A stretch of 64,000 nucleotides of DNA from Epiperipatus broadwayi (lineage: Eukaryota; Animalia; Onychophora). The notes beneath the pieces are model-generated. The model saw nothing but the letters and a program-made list of their open reading frames with translations, was not told where the DNA came from and made no database searches. The translations under genes were made by a program, and so were the position numbers. The DNA lies in the NCBI GenBank assembly GCA_028023455.1, contig JAQFVV010000004.1, forward strand, positions 6,200,001 to 6,264,000, given 5' to 3'. Positions 12,860 through 24,499 of this stretch are shown here, piece by piece (position 1 is the first letter of the stretch; every line of letters starts with the position of its first letter).

Positions 12860-13693
12860 TAAGCATCTATTTTAATGTTATGTGATGTGATGTATTTTGG
12901 CTTCTCCTTAAACGAAGTCAAGAATATCTCAGCAATTATACCCAGATAAACCTGTTAGCCACTTTATTTTCCATTCCCCACTCTAAGTCTTCCCATATTC
13001 TGCCCCATCCCATTTCCACAACATAATCTTTGTCAACTCTATGGCCTTTATATCTAAATCCCCCTTATCTTTTCAAAAACCCAGCATAAAAACCAATAAC
13101 TCACTTTCTGTATAGTCACTTTGTTCATACCTATTCTCCCATAACTTCATTATCTGTACCCTTTCCGCTTTCAAGCATTTACATTCAATCAACAGATGCC
13201 TAATATTTTCTATATCTCCCTTACACAATTTGCACACTAAATCACCCATAGTTTTCCATTTACATGTATATTCTCTTGTTGCTAAAGATCCCGTTCGAGC
13301 CTTAAACAATAAACTACTTTCCTTACTATTATCATAAATTAACTCGCATCCAATATTCCGTTTACTTCTATATATATTTAAACTCTTCTTACCCTCCATA
13401 CTAGTTCTCCATCTCTCCAACTCCCTATTTTTTATTAATGCTTCTATTCTTTTATCCCATTCCTTACCACTATAACACTCAACAATCCTCCTAACACAAT
13501 CATCCCACCTTTTATACAAGTATACTGATATAAATTCTTTATCCAAATCTTTTGCATACTGCATTACCTTTCTCATCCATCTTGTTACCTGCCCTTTACT
13601 CATAATCCAATTAAACACTATTTTGGCTATTCTTTTACTACCCATAAACTGCAACCTACCAAACATTTTCATTTTACTTTTTGCATCTCTCAT
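12860..13693 (-). mobile_element. 3' fragment of a non-LTR retrotransposon ORF2 (post-RT region with Cys/His zinc-binding motif)
   Basis: ORF 13073-13693 contains KKSLNIYR..YDNSKESSLLFKARTGSL..CKLCKGDIENIRHLLIEC, typical of LINE ORF2 C-termini. It has no RT core, so it is 5'-truncated. Confidence 0.8.
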
Positions 13694-13766
13694 ATAAAAA
13701 GTTGACCATCTAGTGTTCTATAATGAAAGTAAAATAACAATAAAATAAAACATCAGTAAAATAGAA

Positions 13767-13870
13767 TTTTTTTTTTTCTCATGTGTCATAGCATCAGTCG
13801 GGAAGCGAACCCGCTAACCTGGGACAACTGCTTGTAAAGCAGCTGTCGCTGACCTCTCGACCACCAATGC
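13767..13870 (-). mobile_element. tRNA-Gly-derived short repeat, copy 3 (cloverleaf-foldable, TAC loop)
   Basis: Reverse complement GCATTGGTGGTCGAGAGGTCAGCGACAGCTGCTTTACAAGCAGTTGTCCCAGGTTAGCGGGTTCGCTTCCCGACTGATGC, followed by TATGACACATGAG and poly(A). Confidence 0.7.
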
Positions 13871-14794
13871 TTTTTTTAATATAGAGATTCAATATAACTT
13901 CAAAGAATTGACTATATAACATAACAATATACAGAATAAATAATACCTATACTATACAATTTTACATTTACTATTTTGTATAATTTTCCACTCATTTTTA
14001 ATTGACTAGTTGTTAACTAAATTTATTGAAGTTTTATAAATATTCATAATTATTTAAGTAATGCTCAATATAAAATGTTTAATATACTTGTCTTCTTTTT
14101 GGATCTTTAATGTAATTTAAAAGTTTAATATTTTTTGTAGCATCTATTTAATGTCCAGTGTTAAGTAGTGAATGCATAAAACAGATTTATCATCTCACCT
14201 ATTTATTAATTGCATTGTTATGTTCTTTGACTTTTACCTCTAACTGTTTCCCTGCATGAACAAACAATTCCTTTTTTGTATTTTATATTGTCTCTTAAAT
14301 TATAATTATCTAGTAATTTATCTAGACTTTTACTATTCGACCATCCAATATTTATATGATATGAAGATAATTTTTAAATTTTGGGATAATATGAAAGTTT
14401 GATCCATTTCTTATTTGAAGATATTGTTATTATCATCATTATGCAGAGAAATGTTATTATTTAATATATATTTTTTAGAATGAAAAAGTATATTTTTAAT
14501 AGGTTTAGGATTATATCCATAATTTTTATATAATTTACTAAATTGATTCCTTTGTAAATCAGCTACATTCTTATCTATATTATATTTATCATTTCTATAT
14601 TTAAAATTTTTAATGACTGCCATTATTAATATATATATATATAGCTGTTGTATATGATATTTTTATTGTTTATTATAATTTATATGTAAGAACAACATAA
14701 TATTAGTAACATTTATTATTATTCTATATAAAGAATTAAATGACAGGAAAGAAATATTCAAAAGAATTTATAATAATGTTAGCAAACAGTTTGA

Positions 14795-15315
14795 AATTAA
14801 ATTGAAAGGCTGAAACCTCTCACATGCGCTTTTTGAATGCTTGTATGACAGCCAATCAGATGGAATGATAGCTGTCTGAGGGGCTCTCAAATTGCAACAC
14901 AAGACAGAAATTTTACAAGAAAAAGGTGGTTCCCACTCTTCTTTATTTAACTTTCTATATATATATAAGCCAGCCTAAAGCATTTGGACTTGAGGACATG
15001 AAGCTTTAAATATCTTCACATTTAACTCACTGCGTAATAAATTGTAAGATTTTGTGCTGTATGTTTATAAATAAGACTCAGTGAGTTAAACATGAAGATA
15101 TTTAAAGCTTCACGCTCTCAAGTCAAAATGCTTTAGACTGGCTTATATATATAGAAAGATGAGTAAAGAAAAGAGTGGGAACCACCTTTTTCTTTAAAAT
15201 CTCTGTCTTGTGTTACAATTTGAGAGCCCCTCAGACAGCTATAATTACATCTGATTGGCTGTCATACAAGCATTCAAAAAGCACATGCGATACATTTCAG
15301 CCTTTCAATTTAATT
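14795..15315. repeat. Large fold-back element (about 520 bp)
   Basis: Arms of about 240 bp (aattaaattgaaaggctgaaa... / ...tttcagcctttcaatttaatt) around a spacer of about 45 bp. Confidence 0.9.
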
Positions 15316-18300
15316 AATAATGTTAGTGAATGTCAAAGAATGAAAATATAAGGTCATAAGAAACTAATAGTAAAAAGCAAAACAAATTATATAGAAAATA
15401 TAAATATTAAATTTATAACTACTATGATTATAAATGTACCAAAAATGATGAAGAATGGGTGATGAATTATAATTGGAATCAAATGTGCTTACTTTAGCAA
15501 CTGTAATATTTAATGGAATGTTTTGTATGATTTAATAAAAGATATAAATCAATAATTTTATCATTAAAAAAACATTATATATATAAATAAAATTTAATAT
15601 TCTATTTAATTGAATTATTTTAATTTCTGATATATATTCTGCAATATCAATTAAAAGGCAACTACATTAGAAAATAAACCCCACTACACTATACTTTGAT
15701 AGATAATGATAAAGTAATTATAATCTATATATAGAACAAATAATATCATAACCTTTGGAGACTAATGTTGGTTAAAAAATATAAAGATGCACATACTTTT
15801 TTTTTTCAATGTTTTATAGATTGCTTAGTTATTTAGCTATAAATGATCAAGATGAGATTTGAATGAGACATTATTTGTAGTCAGAACAGTCAAACACCAA
15901 CAAAATCTAAGTGTATTGTAAATATGTGTAATAGATGATTTTTTATAATAAGAATTCTTTGAAGATCTCAAATATTTTGTAATCATAAGCCTTTTGTGGT
16001 ATTGGTATATTCTGTTTGATCATTAAATAGTTGACTATAATATAATCTAAAAGCAGCAGACACAAGCCGTTAAAATTTATTTAGATAACAGAGGATGCAC
16101 TATTATCAGTTACTTGTATGCAATTGAGTTTAGCATGCAGATGGAGTTGAAAATACTATCACACAAAGGATTATCTGTCAAAGCATTGAATCTATCTTTT
16201 AATATATACACAAGCAAAGGATTCAATATCAAAATTATATTAATCATTGTACTGTGTTTAATCTTTGAAGTTATGCAATGTATCATATTTTTTTTCTTTT
16301 TTTGTGTATGTACGTTGGAGTATATTTCATTATTCTAGAAATATAATTGATTTAATTGATAAGATCAGATAATTTTTTTATGTTCTTTTTGTAGAATGGC
16401 AATGAATTATTGATAGGATAATAATTGGTAAGTTTTTTTTTTATAAATTTTACATTGAATCTCATATTTCCAAGCACTTTCTTTAGACTTTTACATACAA
16501 TTTAAGATAGTTTGAATTCTAAATGTGGTATCATATTAGATATTTTATAATAGTAATGCATTATTATCAGACCAAATACTGACCACATTAGTTTTAAGTA
16601 TTCCCTTTGATAACTTTTTGGTAATGAACTTATAGGTAGATATCTTTGAAAATTTCTTGAATATATCAAATATTTTGGGTTTTTAATATTATTCACTGAC
16701 CAACATTGTATTATAATGACTATATCTTGCTTTGCTATAGTTGATAGAGTGCTGTTTGTGGCTAATATATATAAAGTTTGGTTTCCATCAAGATGAATAC
16801 CTTTAAAAAATCTCTGATAACCATAGTGTGATCTATTTATTTATCCTTTTTACAACTATTGCAAATATATTTTATGAGACAATGATAAAGAAATCCTTTA
16901 AGTTAATTGTAGTTTCTGATGCATTACATGTATTGTTCTAAAGTATGACAGTCCTTCAATGCTTTTCACAATGTTGATTGACTAAGAGAGAATGCTAGAA
17001 GTCAGTCTTGAAATAAACATCTAAGTAGAGCTAACCACAGATGACTTCAAATCAGTTAGTTGTCTGGAAAGCATCAGATAGAAGAATAGAAAAATACTGT
17101 TTGTCAATTAATTCATAATATTTTATGCATTATATTAGTTTTATAATAAGAACATCATATGATACTTATATGCTTGTTATATACTTCCAAGAGCAAGCAT
17201 CTTTACTCTAGAGTCAACTTCTATAAGCTTGACCAATCAATGGATTACATATATTATGGTGTTATAAAATCACCACTGGAACCTGATTTCTGATTTTTGC
17301 CTTCATCAGTGAAATCGAATACATTTATGTACCTAGCAACCACTTTTCACTCCTTTGAACTATTCAAGGTAATTACCTGAAAAAAAAAAAAGCCATAATG
17401 TTTTAAACCTAAAACAACTCTCTTGCATAGTTAATAGATATGGCAACAGGCCATTCTATATATTTTAAGAGATCTCACTTCTAAACCAGCTATAGGTGCT
17501 CTTTTATCCTTTGGCTAGAAGGACTAATACCAATATGTGTCTCTTTCTTATGCTTGCTATGTACTTTCAAAAGGAGTTAAGCTTGAGTCATCAATGGATG
17601 CCAGATAGAATAATATCAATTCCCATCTTCAGATTAGTTTCTTGCTTTTCTTTCATCAATGAAGATGACAAATTGTAAACAGCAGTTAAAAGTAAGTGGC
17701 TTTTATATGTGTAAGAATCATTAGATCCAATTTTGAATCCTAGCCTTTATTAATGAAAGTAAAAAGCCAGAAGTTAATCTGGAGGTGGAGATTTTGTAGC
17801 ACTATGACATCTGGCATCCATTGATTACTCAAACTTACAATAAAAGGCTCTAGAACAGAATAAAAATTAATGCTCTTGGAAACATAAGATATAGTCATGT
17901 GAAGTTTTTGAGAATATGTAAAACTAAAATGGATTTTATAGAAACTGATTAAGAGTCAGGATATTACAACTATGTAAGTCTATCAGCCTGATTTAAAACC
18001 TTAGGTTTGTTATATTTTTAAATCTCAGATTATTAGCTTGAGGAATACATGGTGAATGAATGCCAGACATATAAGTGCGTTAGATTATATTTGTATTTAA
18101 TGATGAAAACAAAAGCCAAGAAACAATTTGGAGTTGAGGATTTTAGAGCACCATGTCACCCCAAGCTTACAGTAAATGGTTCTAGAGTAGGGTGAAGATC
18201 CTATAACCTATATCTGGCATAATATGGCACATATTTTTGATAATTACATTCAAACATTAAGATTGATGTAGTTATCTATATCTGGTCAATCAGCTTTAGC

Positions 18301-19277
18301 TTTTTTTTTTAAAGTTCAAATATATAAAAGTTTTTAAATTTACTATATAGAGTTCAAGCTACACTTCCTTTTGCACCCCACATTTCACCAAAGATCTTTA
18401 GGCAATTTTGTGATGAATATTATGTAAAAGGCAAGGTTATGTATTGGAACCTACTATTTAAAAAGGTTGGTTTTTAGGTAACACAAGACTTGCTAAAATG
18501 GATTTTGCAGATAGTCTATTTTTTTTGAGTTATTTATAAAGGAAAGATTTTAGACAAATCAAAGTGATGGTAAATATTTTAGTAGCTGGAATTTAACAGT
18601 CTTCTAAGTTGGGCCTGTATCATCGAGATTCATATTCTTTTCAACACTAAATATGATATTATAAATGCTATTAGTAAATTGAATACTTTTCTTTGATATT
18701 TGGACACTTCTTAAAGATTTTTGATTCATATTTAATAGATTTTCATTTTTTTTTTTATCAATATATGAATTATCTGAAAATAATAACTAGTTACACTACT
18801 AATAAATAAGCTCTACTAATTGCAATGACAAATTATTAAAAAGCGTTTTGATACTGATCCTGTTATTGTACTTATTTTCTTCTCTGTTGTCTATGTAGAT
18901 TTTTCTGGTCGTAACTTTCCTTCCAATACTATGCTCATCTTGATATCAGCATGAGTAATATGAATAAAGTTGACTTTATGGTATTGGCTATTTAAGTTTT
19001 GATACACTAATTTATTATAATTTTTATCAGTTTATGTTTATAATTAATATTGACTTTGATGTTCATTAATGGGTTATCAAAGCATTCTTAAAATCAAATC
19101 GCTCACTCATAAAACACATTTACAGTATCCAACTAAATTTTTCCAATCATTATTAAAGCTAAATTACATAGCAATAAAAAATAGAAATCTCCATCTTTAC
19201 TGTTAAATCACATCCCTGACAATAATAAATAAAAGGGTGAATTAAAAATCAGCCAAAAAGTTAATGAAATTTCATCT

Positions 19278-19531
19278 TGTGATATGTTGGACTATTTCCA
19301 TTATCTATGAGTTAATGTTGAATGTATTGAAAGTTTTAAACTTTATTTAAGCTTTCCAAATATAAACAACTAGTCAGTAATAACATACAAATAGACAACA
19401 CAGGTTAGTAATTGTTGTCTCTTTATGGGTTATTAGTAACAAGTTGTTCGTATTTGGAAAATTTAAATAAAGTTTAAATGAATACATTCAACATTAACTC
19501 GTAGATGATGGAAATAGTCCAACATATCACA
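19278..19531. repeat. Fold-back element
   Basis: tgtgatatgttggactatttccattatcta... / ...tagatgatggaaatagtccaacatatcaca. A fragment of the same arm recurs near 50418-50438. Confidence 0.85.
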
Positions 19532-20180
19532 TCTAATAATATACCATCATTACAAACCTTCCGACAAATTCATCTAGTCAGTTTAAATTAAATGTTATGT
19601 ATATAATATTCTAACTTTTTCTAATATACAGTTATCCAAGAGCATAAAATTTGACCTATTTAATTTAAATTATCCACTGGTAGCCATTTTTCGTATAGGT
19701 TGCCATTCTTTTAAAACCAATTTATTTTAAAATATTACAAACTTTAGTAAATATATTTTCTTGAATCATTATTAGCAGTGACAAAAAGAAAGATATAATT
19801 TCAAATCTTACTGTAGCCTTCTATAAGAGAGAGGTTATATGCTTCAAGCATTGACAACTGAAGGAAATAGGATCCCTTTTACAAAAGATTATTATAATTG
19901 GTATTTATTATAAAATCAAATAATATTAAAAATATCACCTGTGGTTTGATCATTTCTTTCTTTTAAATATGGTCTTTGAAAAGTTTGATGGAATTTTGTA
20001 GGTAATCTTGAGTATCATTTATTACTTAAATATTTACATCAAAAGCTGCAAGATTATGAACAACTCTATAACGAATTAAAGAGTTAGACTTTTTTGTGAT
20101 ATAGAAAATATTGTTTTCAGTCAGATTTTTTTTTTTTGCTTTCTTGAATAAAATTCTATAGCCATGAAATCACTTAAAGT

Positions 20181-20596
20181 TTTGTAATTGTGTGTAATTG
20201 TCTATACATCTATTTCATTAAATAGAAAGTAGGTTTGATCAGAATGGGCAGTTTGTCCCGTTTGGTATATTTCAAACATGAGGCTGAAAATGAAAAAGGA
20301 TTGGTATACTAATGAGATAAAAAATTTCTCATAGTATTTCAAAAAATCTCCTGAAAAATGATTATTATAGTTTAAAGCACACTTTTCTGAGAGTGTTTGT
20401 AATTGTGTATACTTGTCTATATATCTATTTTCATTACATAGAAAGTAGTTTTGATCAAAATGAATAGTTTGCCCTGTTGGTATATTTCAAAGATGAGACT
20501 GATAATTAATGAAAGAGGATTGGTATACAAATGAGATGAAAATTTTCTTATAGTGTTTCAAAAAATTTACTGAGAAACAATTGTTACAGTTTAAAG
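20181..20596. repeat. Diverged tandem duplication, unit about 215 bp
   Basis: tttgtaattgtg...atagaaagtag..ttgatca...ggattggtatac...agtttaaag occurs twice head to tail. Confidence 0.8.
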
Positions 20597-20741
20597 TTGA
20601 AAACTGTGACCAATGAAGGTTATTACTTGAGCTTATAAAAAGCTAATTAGGGAAAGGTGTGGCAATTAAAAAAAACAATATTGTTTTTTTTAAAAAAATA
20701 ATTGCCTTAGGATTTATATTGTGATAACAGTGATAATTTGT

Positions 20742-22140
20742 ATCATCATCATCATCATCAACCATTATCAATCCACTGCAGGATGAAGGTCTCTCCAAGT
20801 TCAATCCATCTTCTCTGATCTTTAGCTTCTCCACATCACCTCTGCACACTTTCTTATTTCATCCATCCATCTAACATGTGGCCTCTTTCTGGATCTTTTA
20901 CAATCTCTTGAAATTCATTTTAAGATTTCAATTGTCCATCTATTAGCATCTCTTCTAGCAATAAATATGTCCAGCCCAATTCCACTTCAATCCTTTAATT
21001 TTTCCAATGAGGTCAGTAACACTTGTTTGTTCTCTTACCCATACATTGGGTTTTCGATCTCCTCTTGTTACTCCCAACATGCATCTCTCCATACTTCTCT
21101 GAGTGGTCTGAAGTCTCTGTATTGCTCTTCTATTAAGTGGCCAAGTCTCAGATCCATAAATAAGAACTGGTAAAAGATATTTGTTACTTCCTTTTCAAAC
21201 ACATAGGCATATTTCCTTTTAGTATCAAATTATTTCTATCAAAAGCATTCCAACCAAGTTTAATTCTATGATTAATTTCATCCATTATGTTCTATCTGTA
21301 TTAATAATCTGACCAAGGTATTTGTAACTGTTAACTTCTTCTAACTCATCATAATCAATCTTTATTTTCATATTTTGAGAAAATTGATTAAATATTACTT
21401 TAGTCTTTTTAACATTTATCTTTAGTCCTACTTTCATCTGATAACTCCTGTAACATTTCCTGCAGCTCTAAAGCATTATTTGCAAAAAAAAAAAAAAAAA
21501 AACTACATCATCTGCAAAATCTAAATGACTTAAATAATCTCCATTTACTTTCACTCCTTTAGCTTCCCATTTTAATCCACAAAATACTTCTTGCAGCATT
21601 GCTGTAAAAAGTTTTAGAGATATTGAGTCACCCTGTCTTACACCCTTCTCAATGTTGACTTTCCCAGTATCACTATGTAATCTAATTGTTGATGTTGTAT
21701 TTTTATAAATATTCTTTAAAATATGACAATATCCTGGATCTATACCTTGATGATCCAATGCTTTAATCATTGAAGAAATGTTTATAGAATCAAATGCCTT
21801 TTCATAATCTATATATCCAAAACATAATGGCAACTCGTATTCATTTGTCCTTTCTATAACTTCTCTCAATACCTGGATATGATCTACTGTACTAAAACCA
21901 CTTTTAAATCCAGCTTATTCTCTTGGCTGGTGGAAGTCCAATATTCTCTGTAGATGAGTTGTAATTATCTTGGTAAAAATTTTGTATAAAACTGATAAAA
22001 GGCTGATAGGTCTGTAATTTGTAATATCTTCTGTATCACCTGTCTTAAATATTAATATTGCATTCTTCCAATCATCTAGTACATCTTTATCATTTAGATA
22101 TTTGGTATATACAGTAATTTGTATGTCTTTCATTATTTAT
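20742..22140 (-). mobile_element. RTE-clade LINE, 5'-truncated, with (GAT)n tail
   Basis: ORFs contain NYRPISLLSVLYKIFTKI, IDYEKAFDSI, GVRQGDSIS and LDFADDV (RT). The 3' end is CCTTCATCCTGCAGTGG...(GAT)n at 20742-20760. Confidence 0.92.
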
Positions 22141-22860
22141 TCTTCGACAAATGAATGAGAGATAGATTTAAGTTAGAAATAGTCAAATAAAAAATAGTCA
22201 TAGATCACATAACACCATTCTCTTAAGCTTGTAAGATATAAACAATGAGCATTTCCAATTGCTCAACAAACTTTGTGATAAATGCTTAGCCAAAGAAAGC
22301 ATTTAAAATATCTATGTCAGGAAACCCCCTCCCCCCAAACTCTGATCATGGTTTTGTGCTTTGGCACTTCTCAGAGAGGTGCTAAGATAGCTGCAGACAC
22401 TAGATTTAAGTTAGATTTTAGTTGACAATTCATTTTAGTATTTTTTTTTTTCTATTTTAAATTTTCTGTATTTCAATTTAAATTATTGTTCAATAAAAAA
22501 GCACTATCATGAAGTATGTTAAACATTTAGTTATCAATAATGCTTTGAATATTTCAAGAATTCTCTTAATTTATATTACAAGTTTTTTATTTATTTTCTA
22601 GAATAAATACTTTTGTTTTTCGTATATTTGTTGATAATTCATTAGAAGCGGAAACAATAATAAAAAACATTCAGCTTAGTTAAGATAATAAATTTTTATA
22701 TTCAATTGTTTCTCTCTGCAACTGATTTGAACAAAAGAGCATCTTTACAAAAAGTTATTTTTTAGTAAAACTCTTTTTAATAAATAACTTTTTGCAGTTA
22801 TACATATGTGATTTCTAACAATTTCCATTAATAAATTTATAATTTTCTAAACAAATATAA

Positions 22861-23561
22861 TGTGTTATATAAAAGTGCGAGTAAAAAAGAAATGTTACAA
22901 TATAATTTGAAGTGCGGAAATGAGAAAGTCGGAATTTTAAAAGAAAAAGAAAAGCATTCCAGAAGATAAGAATTTGGGAAAAAAGAATGACTTAAGGAAA
23001 TGAGAATAAATATATAGTAGTGTTTGTATAAATACTAATAATGAATTACGGGGGGGGGATTGAAATGATAAAGAGAAAATATGTAAGATATGTTAGTCTA
23101 ATTAACGAAAAGAAAATGGACTGTTTAAATCTGTAATTAATGAAATAAATAAGAAGTTGAGGAAGAATAACTTGAAATAAGACAGAAAATGATTAGACTG
23201 TTTGAATAAATTAAAATACACTAATTGAATCTATTTAATGCACATTGATTATGTAAGTAATATTTACTAAGGCAATAAACCTAAAGCATGTGCGGTTGAA
23301 AATGCGAAGCTATGGACCTCTACAGGTCTAAGATTGTGGTTAAGACCTGTAGAGGTCCCTACCTTCGCATTTTCAACCGCATATGCTTTAGGTTTATGTA
23401 GAGGTCCCTAGCTTCGCATTTTCAACAGCACATGCTTTAGGTTTATTGCCTTAGTAAATATTACTAATTGAATCTGTAAATGCAGAATTTAATTAGTGAG
23501 AAGATAAAAAATTCAGAGGTATATAAAAAGTCAAAAAGAAAAAGCAGAAATTCTCCATTTT
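22861..23561 (+). mobile_element. 5' LTR of Gypsy element, interrupted by a 243-bp fold-back insertion
   Basis: Starts TGTGTTATAT and aligns by eye with 28294-28771 except for the insertion at 23233-23475. Confidence 0.8.
23256..23465. repeat. Fold-back element with a 49-bp tandem duplication in the right arm
   Basis: agtaatatttactaaggcaataaacc... / ...ggtttattgccttagtaaatattact. 23349-23397 is duplicated at 23398-23446. Confidence 0.9.
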
Positions 23562-24400
23562 TCCAATTATGTGGGGCAAATTTTGTTTCATCTGTTATCA
23601 GCCAGTTAGCAGAAAAAATATACAGCAGAGACTTGACACTGCAAGACATCGTGGAGATACCGGTGCCAGGCACCAGTTACTTGAAGGTTAATGAGCTGAT
23701 TAGAACTTTACACAGATCATCTTGATATTATTATTTCCTATATGCCTGACCAGGCTCTCTGAGGATTTATTACTAAATGGTAAAGTAGAAACATATTGTT
23801 TGTTTAGTATAAAATTATGGGAGTAGCAAAAAATAGCTGTCTCTTGTATCATTGGAGGACATATTGTTTGGTTATCATATCAATAAAGACTTAATTTTAG
23901 CATATTGGGTTTAATTGTAGAGGATTTCAACACAGACTTTCAAGCACTTTTCAGCTATCAACTCTGTTTCATAATTGATACACATGACCACACAAATGTG
24001 AAAAAGATAAATGATCTCCAATATATATATTTTGTGCAGAATCAGCACTCATCACTTGGTCCAAATCATTTTCTCTAACATACAAAACACTGATTATATA
24101 TATATGTGAGAGATAATGAACTGGACCAACTGAAAAGTGCTAGTTCAGCACAAAATACATATATTGGATATCATTTATATTTTTCACATGTTTGGTTATT
24201 GATTGTATGAGATATAGTCGATAGCTGAAGGGTGCTTGAAAGTCTGTGTTCAAATCCTCTGCAATTATACCTAATTTATATTAAATTATACTTGTATTCT
24301 AATATTACATATTGTAAATTCACTGAATGCTATTTTAATCCATTTTCCAGTGATATTTTAATAGTTTGTTTTGCAAATACATAGCAAAAGTTGGTGCAAT
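23562..24400 (+). repeat. Unclassified interspersed repeat with a coding-like remnant; second copy at about 30260-30960
   Basis: gttatcagccagttagcagaaaaaatata...gttaatgagctgattagaacttta and the downstream non-coding part align with 30420-30960. Confidence 0.7.
23912..24267. repeat. Fold-back element inserted in the unclassified repeat
   Basis: taattgtagaggatttcaacacagactttcaagcac / gtgcttgaaagtctgtgttcaaatcctctgcaatta. It is absent from the 30.9-kb copy of the host repeat. Confidence 0.88.
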
Positions 24401-24499
24401 CAAAAAGCCTGAACCTAGCTGTAAGGAACTAAGCCTAAAGTTATGAAATAAGATAGATAGTAGGATTTTTTTATTTTAGTTGTTGTGTGGGTCTATTGC

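Noticed and set aside
17290-17325. Minus-strand CTGATGA...GAAA hammerhead-like string
   Set aside because: No stem II pairing and no stem I or III can be formed.
20967-21173. Plus-strand ORF inside the RTE element (likewise 44362-44604, 53286-53534, 57338-57592, 63157-63417, 63543-63779)
   Set aside because: These are antisense or alternative-frame ORFs within repeats, with no recognisable motifs or splice context.
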